From assembly GCA_965203055.1 (NCBI GenBank), contig OZ241863.1, forward strand, positions 2,112,001 through 2,176,000: DNA of 64,000 nt, read 5' to 3'. Made by a program: the position numbers and the translations under genes. Shown here one piece after another: positions 12,913 through 23,444 of the stretch. Position 1 is the stretch's first letter, and each line of letters starts with the position of its first letter. The notes below the pieces were generated by a model. That model was not told where the DNA came from. It ran no database searches and saw only the letters and a list, made by a program, of their open reading frames with translations. Origin of the DNA: Spirochaetia bacterium. GTDB taxonomy: Bacteria; Spirochaetota; Spirochaetia; SZUA-6; Bin103.

Positions 12913-14556
12913 GTGGCGCAACACGTAAAGGTTTATCATCCAAAGGGTTACCCTCCCAAGATCAAGGCCGTGGGAATGGCGCCGCGGCCGCCCGCGTTGA
13001 ACGGGAAAACGGTCTACCTGGTAGACTGCCGGTTCGACGACGCCGACCTCCTGATGGCGCAGATGCGCGACTGGTTCGCCGAGCACCTGCCGGCGGTACG
13101 CACCGTGCTGCGCAGCAAGGCGGGGGTGTACACCGACCGCGACCCGGAGCTGTACGACGAGATCCGCGCGCAGGGGGACGCCGCCATCGTCGGCGTGGGC
13201 CATTGAAGCACCTGCGCGCCGGCGGTCGCCGGCCAATGCTTCATCCTCGAAACCGAGTACGGCGTCCCTACCGCCTGCCTGCAGACCCACGTGTTCGAGC
13301 ACTTGGCGCGCGCCTCCTGCCGGCAGCAGGGCATGCCGCGGCAGCGCTTCGCCTTCGTGCGCCAACCGGTGATGGGCAAGTCGCCGGCCGAGTTGCGCGC
13401 CTACGTGGACGGCGCGGACGTGATCACCGGCCGCCCGCTCATGACCGAGGTGATCGGGGCGCTCACCGATCCGGTGTCCGCCGAGGACGCGGCGCAGGTC
13501 AGCTTCGACCGCGCCACCCCGCGCTTCGTGGAGCCCGCCGGCGAAGCGAGCCTGCAGCGGCTGTTTCGGGAGCAGGGCTGGACCGATCAGCTCCCGATCG
13601 TCCTGCCCACCGAGGAGCGCGTGGCGGCGATGCTGGCCGGCACCAGTCAGCCGGCCGAGCGGGTGGTGGGGCGCATGCGCCCTACCGCGCCCCGCGAAGC
13701 GTGGGAATACACCGTGGAGAAGGTCGCGGTGAACGCCGTCATGGCGGGGGCGGAGCCGGCCTATTTCCCGGTGATCCTGGCGCTGGCGGCGAGCGAGGTG
13801 TCGGCGCGCCACAGCACCACCAGCTCGGCGGCCGGCATGGCGATGGTGAACGGTCCGATCCGCGACGAGATCGGCATGAACTGCGGCATCGGCGCGCTCG
13901 GCCCCTACAATCATGCCAACGCCACGATCGGGCGCGCCTACGGCCTGCTGTCGCAGAACCTGCAGGGCGGGTCCGAACCGCAGGTGACCTATCTCGGCTC
14001 GCAGGGCAACGGCTACGCCTACGGCAGCCTGACCTTCGCCGAGAACGAGGCGGCCAGTCCGTGGGAGCCGTTCCACGTCCAGCACGGCTTCGCGCCGGAG
14101 GCGAGCGCGGTGAGCCTGTTCGCCGGCAATCGCTCCACCTCGTTCCACCTCGGGCTGCGGCAGCGGTATTGGCGCACCCACGTGCGCAATCTGCTGCGCG
14201 GGATGAATCCGCACAGCCCGCCTACCTTTCTGCTGGACCCGATCGCGGCGCGGCTGTTCGTCGACCGCGGCGGCTTCGATACCAAGGAGAAACTGATCAA
14301 TTGGATCTACGACAACGCGCGGATGGAAGCGCAGGTGTACTGGGACTACCAGCTCGTCCAGAACTACGTGTATCCGCGCGCGCTGCAGGGCGAGGAACCC
14401 TATGCCACCTGGTTGGCCGCGGCGGACGACGAACTGATTCCGATCTTTCCGCGCGGCCACATTCACGTGCTGGTGGTTGGCGGCGAAACCAACGGGTACT
14501 GGCGCATCATGGGCAACAGCTATCAGAAGACGGTATCGATCGATGAGTGGCGCTGA
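12913..14556 (+). CDS. Probable selenoprotein, UGSC-family-like (Sec at TGA 13204-13206), 547 aa
   Basis: Track ORFs 12913-13206 and 13291-14556 share a frame; readthrough gives VGVGH-U-STCAP (U-x-x-C); SECIS-like hairpin follows; downstream GWTDQLPIVLPTEERV and EKVAVNAVMAG motifs. Confidence 0.82.
13218..13233 (+). promoter_or_regulatory. Putative bacterial SECIS hairpin
   Basis: GCCGGC-GGTC-GCCGGC stem-loop; loop starts 18 nt after the UGA; GGUC apex resembles the E. coli fdhF SECIS. Confidence 0.7.
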
Positions 14557-14560
14557 GCGA

Positions 14561-14773
14561 ATGGACGAGAACGTCAACACCAGGGTGCGCGACTGCGTCG
14601 CCCACCTGGAGCAGGCGGCCAAGGATCCCGACCTGATCGTCGATCAACACCTGCTGGATCGGTTGGAAGCGCTGCTCCACTCCTTTGCCAGGCTGCGCCG
14701 CCAGGGTCCGCAACGGCTGCGCCAGGCCCGGTCCGCCCGCACCCGCCGCCGCCCCAGACGCGACGCGAGTTGA
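14561..14773 (+). CDS. Hypothetical protein (70 aa)
   Basis: Fills the gap between co-oriented genes (4 nt and 10 nt spacing). Confidence 0.5.
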   Translation: MDENVNTRVRDCVAHLEQAAKDPDLIVDQHLLDRLEALLHSFARLRRQGPQRLRQARSARTRRRPRRDAS

Positions 14774-14783
14774 CTGAAGGCGC

Positions 14784-16235
14784 GTGAACTTCGCGTGGGC
14801 GCTGTTCATCGACCTGGGGATCATTGCCGCGGCGCTGTGCGCCGCCACGCTGATTCGCGCCCGGGTCCGCTTCTTCCAGGCCTACCTGATCCCCAACGCC
14901 ATCATCGCCGGACTCCTGCTGCTGCCGTTCTACCACTGGCTCGCGCCGCACCTCGGTCTGGGCCGGCAGGGTCTGGAGAACCTCGTGTTCCACCTGCTCA
15001 ACGTCACCTTCATCGCCATCGCCCTGCGCCCCACCCCGCGCCGCCGCCGCCAGTCGCTGGCGGTGCTCGGCACCGCCGCCGTCATCATTTCCCAGTTCAC
15101 GCTGCAGGGCCTGCTCGGCTACGCCGTTACCTTCCTGTTCATCGGGCTGCCGCTGCTGCCGGCGCTGTTTCCGAGCTACGGCTTCCTGGCCGCCCTGGGC
15201 TACACGCTGGGCCCCGGCCAGGCGTTCTCCATCGGTCTGAGCTGGGAAGAGCAGGGATTCGCCGGGGCCGGGGGGCTCGGCCTGATCTTCGGGGCGATCG
15301 GCTTTCTGGTCGCCTGCTTCGGCGGCGTATGGCTGATCAATCTTGGGCTGCGGCGCGGGTACGTCGATCTGAGTCCCGACCAGATCCGCGCGCGCCGCTC
15401 CCGCAGCGGGCTGCTGGCGGCGCAGGACGAGCACCCGACGGGGCTGCGGCTGACGACCCGCAGCGAGGCGATCGACACCCTGTCACTGATGCTCGCCGCG
15501 GTGTTCGGCGTGTACCTGGCGACCTATCTGCTGCTGCGCGCGCTCACCGGGTTGCTGCTGCCGCTGGGCGGCGCCGCGGCGCAGGTCGGGGAAAGCCTGT
15601 GGGGCATCACCTTCGTGTTCGGGCTGCTGGTGGCGCTGGCGTTGAAGGCGGCGCTGCGCGCGGCCGGGCGCGGCTATCTGCTGGAGCCGCGCGGCCTGAC
15701 CCGCATCAGCGGCAGCGCGGTCGACTTCATGGTGGCCGCGGCCCTGGGCGCCATCCCGCTGGCCCTGGTGCGCGCCAACTGGCTGCCGATCGTGGTGTTC
15801 GCCGCGCTGCTGGCCGGCGCCGCGGCGCTCACCATCCTGTGGCTCGGGTCGCGGCTGTTCGCGCACGACCACGCGTTCGAACGCGTGGTGCTGTTCTGGG
15901 GGACCCTCACCGGCACCCTGAGCACCGGTCTGGCGCTGCTGCGCGCCCTCGACCCGGAGTTCAAGACGCCGGCGGCGGCGGATTACCTGTATGCCTCCGC
16001 GGTGACGTTCGTGCTGGTGCTGCCGCTGATCCTGATCATGGGGTTCCCCGCCCTGGCGTACGCTACCGGCGCCCCCAACCTGTACCTCGTCACGCTGGCG
16101 GTGCTGCTGTGCTACTGCGCGCTGGTGGCCGCCGGATTCCTGCTGCTGGCGCGCCGTTCCGGGTTGCGCGGCTCCGGCGCCTTTACCCGCCTGTGGTTCA
16201 CCCCGCCGGCCCCCGGAGATAACGCAAAGTCCTGA
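14784..16235 (+). CDS. Sodium:glutamate symporter (GltS/ESS) family transporter
   Basis: Highly hydrophobic; FFQAYLIPNAIIAG, GPGQAFSIG, GTLTGTLSTGLALLRALDP motifs. Confidence 0.82.
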   Translation: MNFAWALFIDLGIIAAALCAATLIRARVRFFQAYLIPNAIIAGLLLLPFYHWLAPHLGLGRQGLENLVFHLLNVTFIAIALRPTPRRRRQSLAVLGTAAVIISQFTLQGLLGYAVTFLFIGLPLLPALFPSYGFLAALGYTLGPGQAFSIGLSWEEQGFAGAGGLGLIFGAIGFLVACFGGVWLINLGLRRGYVDLSPDQIRARRSRSGLLAAQDEHPTGLRLTTRSEAIDTLSLMLAAVFGVYLATYLLLRALTGLLLPLGGAAAQVGESLWGITFVFGLLVALALKAALRAAGRGYLLEPRGLTRISGSAVDFMVAAALGAIPLALVRANWLPIVVFAALLAGAAALTILWLGSRLFAHDHAFERVVLFWGTLTGTLSTGLALLRALDPEFKTPAAADYLYASAVTFVLVLPLILIMGFPALAYATGAPNLYLVTLAVLLCYCALVAAGFLLLARRSGLRGSGAFTRLWFTPPAPGDNAKS

Positions 16236-16353
16236 CGGCGGCGCGGCGCCTGGGCGCCGGCTGGAGTCCCCGCTGCGCTGCCTGCTGCTGCCTCGCCTGC
16301 CAGCCGGCGCCGCTCGGCTGGCGCGGCGGAACGCCGCGGCGTATGCTGGCGGC

Positions 16354-17403
16354 ATGTCATCCGGATCATCCAAATCATCCAAAATACGGGTCGGCGTGGT
16401 GGGCGCCGGCGCCAACACCGTGAGCCGGCACCTGCCGGGACTGCTGCAGCAGCCGGAGGTGGTGATCGCCAGCGTCTGCAACCGCAGCCGCGAGTCGTCC
16501 GAGCGCGTGGCGCGCCAGTTCGAGATCGGCGCGGTATACGACACCTGGCCGGAGCTGGTGGCCGCGGACGACAGCGACGCCATCGTCATCGGCACCTGGC
16601 CCTATCTGCACTGCCCGATCACGCTGGCGGCGCTCGCCGCGGGCAAGCACGTGTTGTGCGAGGCGCGCATGGCGATGAACGCCGGCGAGGCGCGCGCCAT
16701 GCTGGCGGCCAGCCGCAAGTGTCCCGACCTGGTCACGCAGGTGGTGCCTGCCCCGCACACCCTGGGGGAGGACCGCACCATTCGGCGCTACCTCGCCGGC
16801 GGCCGCCTCGGCGACCTGCTGGCGGTGGAGCTGGTCGACAGCGCCGGCACGTTCCGCAGCGAAGGGCCGCTGCACTGGCGCCACGACCGCGAGCTGAGCG
16901 GACTCAACGTGATGGCCCTCGGCATCTGGTACGAGGCGCTGATGCGCTGGGCCGGCCCCGCCACCCGGGTGGCCGCGTTCGCCCGCACCTTCGTGCCGGT
17001 GCGCCCCGCCGAGGAGGGGATGCTGCGGGCGGTGCCGATCCCGGACCACGTGGACGTGCTGGGCGACCTGGCCTGCGGCGCCCAGCTCCGCCTGCAGGTG
17101 TCGCAGGTCACCGGCCTGCGGCCCGGCGGCGCCTGGCTGTGCGGCAGCGAAGGGACCCTGCACCGCGACGCGGCCGGCGGCCTGCACTACGCCGGGCGCG
17201 GCGACCGCGGCCTCGCCCCGGTCACCATCGAGCCGGGGGACGCCGGCGCGTGGCGCGTGGAAGAGGAGTTCGTCAACGCCATCCGCGGCCGCGAGCAGGT
17301 GACCCATACCCGCTTCGCCGACGGCGTGCAGTACATGGAGTTCACCGCCGCAGTCCACCGCAGCCTGGCCGAGGGCCGGACGGTGGCCGTCGCGGGCTTG
17401 TAG
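16354..17403 (+). CDS. Gfo/Idh/MocA family oxidoreductase
   Basis: IRVGVVGAG, ALAAGKHVLCEARMA. Confidence 0.9.
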   Translation: MSSGSSKSSKIRVGVVGAGANTVSRHLPGLLQQPEVVIASVCNRSRESSERVARQFEIGAVYDTWPELVAADDSDAIVIGTWPYLHCPITLAALAAGKHVLCEARMAMNAGEARAMLAASRKCPDLVTQVVPAPHTLGEDRTIRRYLAGGRLGDLLAVELVDSAGTFRSEGPLHWRHDRELSGLNVMALGIWYEALMRWAGPATRVAAFARTFVPVRPAEEGMLRAVPIPDHVDVLGDLACGAQLRLQVSQVTGLRPGGAWLCGSEGTLHRDAAGGLHYAGRGDRGLAPVTIEPGDAGAWRVEEEFVNAIRGREQVTHTRFADGVQYMEFTAAVHRSLAEGRTVAVAGL

Positions 17404-17423
17404 CGCGAACGTGCGCCGCGGCG

Positions 17424-19226
17424 CTACACCGCGGTGACCGGCGCCTCCGCCCGCTCCATCTTGCGCAGCTTGGCGAACTTCTCCCAGAACTTCTTCTGGT
17501 CCGCCGGCTTTATCAGCTTGGTCGGAAACCAGCGCGCCCAGCTCAGGGCGTCGGCCAGGTGGGACAGCGCCTGCGCGCTGCCGATGCGGCGTAGCTGCTC
17601 GCCGGCGAACGCCGCCACGTAGGGCTCGGAGGCGGTCACCGCCCGCCCCAGGGCCGCGGTGGCGGCGTCGCTGCGGGCGTCGACCCGAATCAGCGCCTGC
17701 ACCGCGACGTTCTGCAACTGGCTGCGGCTGATGCCGGGTTCGAACAGGCCGTCCGCGCCGGTTTCGGCGTCCAGTACCGGCAGCAGGGCGTCGATGATCG
17801 GCTGCCGCGGCTCGCCGATCAGTCCCAGCGCCGAAATGACGTGGAACCGCACCGCCGGCGCCGCGTCGTCGAGCGCCGCCACCAGCGCCGGCACCGCGCC
17901 GGCGGCGCGCGCTCCCAGCTCGCCGAGCCCGTAGGCGGCGCTGGCGCGCACGTGTTCCTGATCGGCGCGCAGGGCGTCGACCAGCGCCGGAACCGCGGGT
18001 TCCCCGGCCAGGGCCAGCGCCTCCGCCGCGTGATTGAGGTTGAGCACCGGGTTGGGCGCGAAGTAATCGGCGCCCTCGGCCAGCAGCGGCCGCAGGTGCG
18101 GGACCGCGGCCGCGCCGGCGGCGCCCAGAGCGTAGAGCGCATTCAGCCGTACCGGCTCGCAGCGGTCGCGCAGCGCCGCGCCCAGGGCTTCGGCCACCTC
18201 GTCCGCGGCGGCGCGGCCCTGCGCGGCGGCGAAGCCGAGCTCGCTGGCCGCGCGGGTACGCTCGGCGTCGCCGCCGGAGCGCAGTTGCGCGAGCAGCTCG
18301 GCCGGCGCGGGCCCGCCGCCGCGGCCGGCGCGCGCGAAGCGGTCGCGGTTGCCGCGCAACCAGTTCCAGATCGCGGTCCAGACGATTTCGTTGTCGGGAA
18401 CGTCCGGCGGCAGCTCCGGGTTCTGCCAGTGGACGGCGGTGGAGTTCCAGCTCGGACCGGTCGGGTCGGCGGTGCGCATGAACACGAATTTGTGTCCGTA
18501 GCGCATGCGCTGCAGCAGGTTGGCGAGCACCGAATGGCCGACGTCGAAGTGCATGATCGACACCGTGCCGCGCGGGCAGGCCAGCGGCAGCAGGGTGCGG
18601 TGGACGTAGCTCTCCGGCAGCAGCAGCGAGCCGTCGGCGGCCGGCTGCGGGTGCGGAATCTGCGTCTCGAAGGAGGGGTGCTGGAGGTCGGGATCATGGG
18701 TCAGCAGGTTGTGATACTGGGAGCGCGGGATCATCGCGGTGGGGCCCTGCTCCTGGGGACAGTCCTGCGGGTAGTAGAACAGGATGGCCCAGCGCGGCAC
18801 CCGGTGGCGCGGCTTGGCGCCGTTGGCATGGCCGTCCTTGTGCGGCACCATGGTCAGGCGCGCTTCGCCCGCGGGCGGCGTCCCGTTGCCCTGCTCCTGC
18901 TCGGGTGCGGCCGGATAGTTGGGGTGGCAGTGACGGTGCGGGTGCAGCAGGTAGCCGGGGCCGAGGATGCTGGTGAGCGCGCCGGTCACCTCCGGCGCCT
19001 CCAGCACCTGGCGCAGTTCCGGAATCATCGGCACGATGTTGTTCTGCGGATTGCGGCCAAACTCCGACTTGCGGTCGCGGGCGTCCTGAAACACGCTCTC
19101 GGAGCGGTCGAAGATCGCCTCATGGACGGCCGCGGGCAGGTGGGTCCGCACCTGCACGTAGCCATCGACGATGAAGCCGCGGAGCTGCGCGTCGGTCAAC
19201 AGATGGGAGCGGTCCAATGTACTCAT
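17424..19226 (-). CDS. Phytanoyl-CoA dioxygenase-like domain fused to HEAT/PBS-lyase repeats
   Basis: LLTDAQLRGFIVDGYV, HKD facial-triad motif, GPTAMIPRS; C-terminal VRxxAAxxLG / AVPALV repeats. Confidence 0.8.
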   Translation of the reverse strand: MSTLDRSHLLTDAQLRGFIVDGYVQVRTHLPAAVHEAIFDRSESVFQDARDRKSEFGRNPQNNIVPMIPELRQVLEAPEVTGALTSILGPGYLLHPHRHCHPNYPAAPEQEQGNGTPPAGEARLTMVPHKDGHANGAKPRHRVPRWAILFYYPQDCPQEQGPTAMIPRSQYHNLLTHDPDLQHPSFETQIPHPQPAADGSLLLPESYVHRTLLPLACPRGTVSIMHFDVGHSVLANLLQRMRYGHKFVFMRTADPTGPSWNSTAVHWQNPELPPDVPDNEIVWTAIWNWLRGNRDRFARAGRGGGPAPAELLAQLRSGGDAERTRAASELGFAAAQGRAAADEVAEALGAALRDRCEPVRLNALYALGAAGAAAVPHLRPLLAEGADYFAPNPVLNLNHAAEALALAGEPAVPALVDALRADQEHVRASAAYGLGELGARAAGAVPALVAALDDAAPAVRFHVISALGLIGEPRQPIIDALLPVLDAETGADGLFEPGISRSQLQNVAVQALIRVDARSDAATAALGRAVTASEPYVAAFAGEQLRRIGSAQALSHLADALSWARWFPTKLIKPADQKKFWEKFAKLRKMERAEAPVTAV

Positions 19227-19297
19227 GACGTGCCGTAATCATAGCAGACCGCGGGCGGTCGCGGCGACCCGCCGTTTCCCGGCATGATAGGGGCGTC

Positions 19298-20311
19298 ATG
19301 AGAACCCGCATCTACGTCAGCCGCCAACTCCACAACCCGGAGTTCGCCTCGCCGGCGCGCCGCGCCGGACTGGAACGACTGGCGGCGCTGGCCGCGGTGG
19401 AGGAGCAGCCGGCGGAGCTCACCGCCGCCAACGCGGCCGGCGTGGTCGCCGTAATTGCCGATTCGGCGCCGTTTCGGGACAGCTTCTACGCTGCCGCCGA
19501 GGAGCTGCGCCTGGTCGCGCGCTGGGGCGTCGGCTTCGATCAGGTCAACGTCGCCGCCGCCACCCGGCACGGCGTGCTGATCACCATCACGCCGGTGCAC
19601 ATGGATACGGTGGCGGAGTACACCATCGCGCAGTGGCTGGCCGCCATGAAGCGCACCTGGACCCTGAACCGCAATGCCCACCGCGGCGCCGCGCAGGTGC
19701 TGCGCTGCTACGACGCGCAGGGCTCGACCCTTGGCCTGTACGGCTTCGGCCGGATCGGCCAGGAGGTGGCGCGGCGGGCGCGGCCGCTGCTGGGCGCCGC
19801 GGGCCGGCTGCTGGTGTACGACATCCGCCCCGACGCCGGCGAGCTGGCGGCGCGGTTCGGCGCCGCCGCGGTAGCGGCGCCCGAGGAGTTGTTCCGGCAG
19901 TGCGACACCGTCTCGCTGCACCTCTCCGGCGACGCCACCGTCGTGGGCCGGGAACAACTGGCGCTGATGCAGCCGCACGCGTCGCTGATCAACCCGTCGC
20001 GCGGCAACCTGGTGGATGACGCGGCGGTGCGCGCCGCGCTCGAGGAGCAGCAGTTGTACTGCTACGTGGTGGACGATCCGCTGACCGGGCCGCGCGCCAT
20101 CCATCGCGCTCATCCGCGCGTCATCGCCACCAACCACAGCGCCGGCATCACCGTCGAGTCGTCGGCGCGGCTCGACGCGGCAACGTTCGAACAGGTGACC
20201 GCGGCGGTCGCCGGGCGCCGGCCGGCGCACGTGCTCAACCCGGAAGCGCTGGACCATCCCCGCGTGCGAAGCTGGCTCACAAATCACGAAAATCACGAGG
20301 AACCATCATGA
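19298..20311 (+). CDS. D-isomer-specific 2-hydroxyacid dehydrogenase family protein
   Basis: RWGVGFDQV, LGLYGFGRIG, LINPSRG. Confidence 0.88.
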   Translation: MRTRIYVSRQLHNPEFASPARRAGLERLAALAAVEEQPAELTAANAAGVVAVIADSAPFRDSFYAAAEELRLVARWGVGFDQVNVAAATRHGVLITITPVHMDTVAEYTIAQWLAAMKRTWTLNRNAHRGAAQVLRCYDAQGSTLGLYGFGRIGQEVARRARPLLGAAGRLLVYDIRPDAGELAARFGAAAVAAPEELFRQCDTVSLHLSGDATVVGREQLALMQPHASLINPSRGNLVDDAAVRAALEEQQLYCYVVDDPLTGPRAIHRAHPRVIATNHSAGITVESSARLDAATFEQVTAAVAGRRPAHVLNPEALDHPRVRSWLTNHENHEEPS

Positions 20312-21606
20312 CCACCATTACCGGCCTGGAAGTGCGCGATGTCCGCTTCCCCACCTCCGCCACCCTGGACGGTTCGGATGCCGTGCACACCGATCCCGAC
20401 TACTCGGCCGCCTACGTCATTCTGCGCACCGATCAGAGCGGACTGGAGGGCCACGGCATCACCTTCACGCTCGGCCGCGGCACCGAGATCTGCGTCGCCG
20501 CCGCGCACGCCCTGCAGCACCTCGTGGTCGGGCGCACGCTGCAGGAGATCGGCGCCGACCTGCGCGGCTTCTGGCGCAGCCTGACCAACGACAGCCAGCT
20601 TCGCTGGATCGGACCGGAGAAGGGCGCGATTCACCTAGCCACCGCGGCGATCGTCAACGCGGTGTGGGACCTGTATGCCAAGCACGAGGGCAAGCCGCTG
20701 TGGCGGCTGCTGTCCGACATGCCCCCGGAGCAACTGGTGGCCGCGGTCGACTTCCGCTACCTCAGCGACGCGCTCACCGCGGAGGAAGCGCTGGCGCTGC
20801 TGCGCGAACACGCGCCCGGCAAGGCGCAGCGCACCGCGGAGCTGCGCCGCGGCGGGCTGCCGAGCTACACCTCGTCCGCCGGCTGGTTGGGCTACGACGA
20901 AAGCAAGGTGCAGGCGTTGTGCCGGCAATACCACGCGGCCGGCTGGCGCGCGTTCAAGATGAAGGTAGGATCGGACGACGCCCAAAACGTGCGCCGCGCC
21001 GCGGTGATGCGCGAAGCGCTCGGCCCCGACTGCCACCTGATGTTCGACGCCAATCAGGTGTGGGACGTCCCGGAGGCGATCGCCCGCATGGCGCCGCTGG
21101 CGCAGTTCGATCCGCTGTGGATCGAGGAGCCGACCTTTCCCGACGACGCGCTGGGCCATGGCGCCATTGCCAAGGCAATTGCCCCGATCGGCGTGGCGAC
21201 CGGCGAGCACTGCGCCAACCGGGTGCTGTTCAAGCAACTGATGCAGGCCGGGGGCATGGCGTTCTGCCAGGTGGATGCCTGCCGCCTCGGCGGCGTGAAC
21301 GAAGTACTGGCGGTGTTGCTGCTGGCCGCCAAGTTCGGCATCCCGGTCTGCCCCCACGCCGGCGGCGTCGGCCTCTGCGAGTACGTCCAACACCTGTCGG
21401 CGTTCAACTACGTCGCGGTGGCGCCGAGCCTGGACGGGGTGCTGATCGAGTACTCCGATCACCTGCACGAGCACTTCGTCGACCCGGTGGTGATGCGCGG
21501 CGCGCGCTACCAACTGCCGGAGGCGCCGGGCTACAGCATTACCATGCGGCCGGCCTCGCTGGAGCGCTACGAATTCCCGAACGGGGCGGCTTGGGCCGAC
21601 CGCTGA
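20308..21606 (+). CDS. fucD: L-fuconate dehydratase (enolase superfamily)
   Basis: DVRFPTS..LDGSDAVHTDPDYSAAY, QLRWIGPEKG, KMKVG, WIEEPT, CPHAGGVGLCEYVQH. Confidence 0.93.
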   Translation: MTTITGLEVRDVRFPTSATLDGSDAVHTDPDYSAAYVILRTDQSGLEGHGITFTLGRGTEICVAAAHALQHLVVGRTLQEIGADLRGFWRSLTNDSQLRWIGPEKGAIHLATAAIVNAVWDLYAKHEGKPLWRLLSDMPPEQLVAAVDFRYLSDALTAEEALALLREHAPGKAQRTAELRRGGLPSYTSSAGWLGYDESKVQALCRQYHAAGWRAFKMKVGSDDAQNVRRAAVMREALGPDCHLMFDANQVWDVPEAIARMAPLAQFDPLWIEEPTFPDDALGHGAIAKAIAPIGVATGEHCANRVLFKQLMQAGGMAFCQVDACRLGGVNEVLAVLLLAAKFGIPVCPHAGGVGLCEYVQHLSAFNYVAVAPSLDGVLIEYSDHLHEHFVDPVVMRGARYQLPEAPGYSITMRPASLERYEFPNGAAWADR

Positions 21607-21631
21607 GCCGCCGCGGCGGCGCCGTGGCCGC

Positions 21632-22381
21632 TCAGTGAGTGAAGATGGAGCCGCGCACGTAGCGCGCCTCGTCGGAGGCCAGGAAGGCGAACACCGGCGC
21701 GATCCCCTCCGGCGGGACGAGCTGCCGCATGGCCTGCTCGTACGCGGCGCGGTCGCCGCCGCGGCGGTACACCTCCCGCAACTGGGCGACCTTCAACGGG
21801 GTGTCGACGGAACCGGGGCAGACGTCGTGCACGCGGATGCCGTGCGGCGCCAGCCGCTGCGCCAGCACCAGGCCCAAGCCATGAGTCGCGCCCTTGCTGG
21901 AGCCGTAGGCGAACGACGAACTGCCGCCGGTCACCCCGGCGCCGGAGCTGCACAGCACGATCACCCCCGAACCGGCCGCAATCATCGGCCCCGCCACCTG
22001 CTTGCTCATCAGGTAGGAGCCCTTGAGATTCACGTCGATCACCTCGTCCCACACCGCCTCCGGGAACTCGGTGAGGTCCACCGCCGCGCCGTGCAGCACC
22101 CCGGCCAGATGGAGCAGCGCGTCGACGCCGCCGCCCAACCAGTCCACCGCGCCGGCAACGCCGGCCGCCACCTGGTCCGCGCGGCGGACGTCCACGCGCC
22201 AGTAGCGGGCGCGCCCGCCGGCGGCGGCGATCGCGGCGACCGTTGCGGCGCCGGCGCGGTCGTTGCGGTCGATGGCCGCCACCGCGGCTCCCTCGGCCGC
22301 CGCCAGCCGGGCGCTGGCCGCCCCGATGCCGGTGGCGGCGCCGGTTACGATGATCCGTTTGCCTGCAAGTCTCACGCCCAT
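21632..22381 (-). CDS. SDR family oxidoreductase
   Basis: TGAATGIG, YGSSK. Confidence 0.9.
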   Translation of the reverse strand: MGVRLAGKRIIVTGAATGIGAASARLAAAEGAAVAAIDRNDRAGAATVAAIAAAGGRARYWRVDVRRADQVAAGVAGAVDWLGGGVDALLHLAGVLHGAAVDLTEFPEAVWDEVIDVNLKGSYLMSKQVAGPMIAAGSGVIVLCSSGAGVTGGSSSFAYGSSKGATHGLGLVLAQRLAPHGIRVHDVCPGSVDTPLKVAQLREVYRRGGDRAAYEQAMRQLVPPEGIAPVFAFLASDEARYVRGSIFTH

Positions 22382-22483
22382 TCACCTACCATACCGGCCG
22401 CGGCGCCGGCTGACCGCGCGCCGCCCCTGATGGCGTGTGCGACCGGTGACCGGCGCCTGCTCACGGGCGCCCGGTTCGGCCCC

Positions 22484-23266
22484 CTACTCCACGGCCGCCA
22501 ATTGGCGGCGCAGCTCGGCCACTCCGGGCGGAGCTTCGGCAAGCTGGTCCCGCCAGCGGCACTCCAGCGAGTAGGCGCCGGCATAGCCGGTCCGGGCCAG
22601 GGCGCGCAGAAAGGGGCGAAAGTCGTCCCCCGCCACACCCGGCGGCGTGCGCTCGGCCACCTCGGCCACGTGCACGTGGCGGATCAGCGTTCCCGCCCGC
22701 TCGATGGCCGCCGGGCTCTCATCCTCGCGCAGCATGTGGTACAGGTCGGCCAGCAGCATCACGTGCGGATGGCCGGCGGCGCGCACCGCCTCGGCGCCCT
22801 CGGTCACGCTGTTGATGATGTTGCACTCGGCCGTATTGAGCGGCTCCACCACGACGGTGACCCCGGCCGCGGCCGCCGGCGGGCCGACCGTTTGCAGCGC
22901 CTCCACGAACTGCTGCTCGGCGCGCCCCCGGTCGAAGCCCTCCTCGACCTGACGGGAGGCGCCGCTGCCGTACACCACGATGCCGATTCCCACCTGCCGC
23001 GCGCGCCGGAACGCCGCCGCCGCATAGCGCCGCAGCCGCTCCGGGTCCACCTCCGGCCCGGTGGAGCGCAGGTCGCCGGGCAGAAACCCGTTGGCGGCCG
23101 CGATCGGCAACGCCGCCAGCGCCGCCGCCGGCGGCGGCGCGAACGCCGCGTCCGGCTGCTCCGGCACCAACAGCCGCTGCACCCCCTCCTCGGCGAAATC
23201 GATCTCCCCGGCTACCGCGCGCAGCTCCGCGTGCGCGCCGCACACTCCCACCCGCGGCTCGCTCAT
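22484..23266 (-). CDS. Sugar phosphate isomerase/epimerase (TIM barrel)
   Basis: VEPLN..E, DLYHM, HVHVAE, SLEC; start may instead be 23275. Confidence 0.87.
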   Translation of the reverse strand: MSEPRVGVCGAHAELRAVAGEIDFAEEGVQRLLVPEQPDAAFAPPPAAALAALPIAAANGFLPGDLRSTGPEVDPERLRRYAAAAFRRARQVGIGIVVYGSGASRQVEEGFDRGRAEQQFVEALQTVGPPAAAAGVTVVVEPLNTAECNIINSVTEGAEAVRAAGHPHVMLLADLYHMLREDESPAAIERAGTLIRHVHVAEVAERTPPGVAGDDFRPFLRALARTGYAGAYSLECRWRDQLAEAPPGVAELRRQLAAVE

Positions 23267-23444
23267 ACGCCTCATACGCCCCCCGGCCCGCGGGCACTGC
23301 GCGGGGCCATACGCCCATTCGGAAACGGATTGACAAACAGTACCATATGCACCTTATTGTAAGGTAACTACTTCCACATGGCCAGCCTAGGTCGGCGCGG
23401 CGTTTGCGCCCTGCGGCGTTCGGCTCAACTCAGGAGGAAATCAG

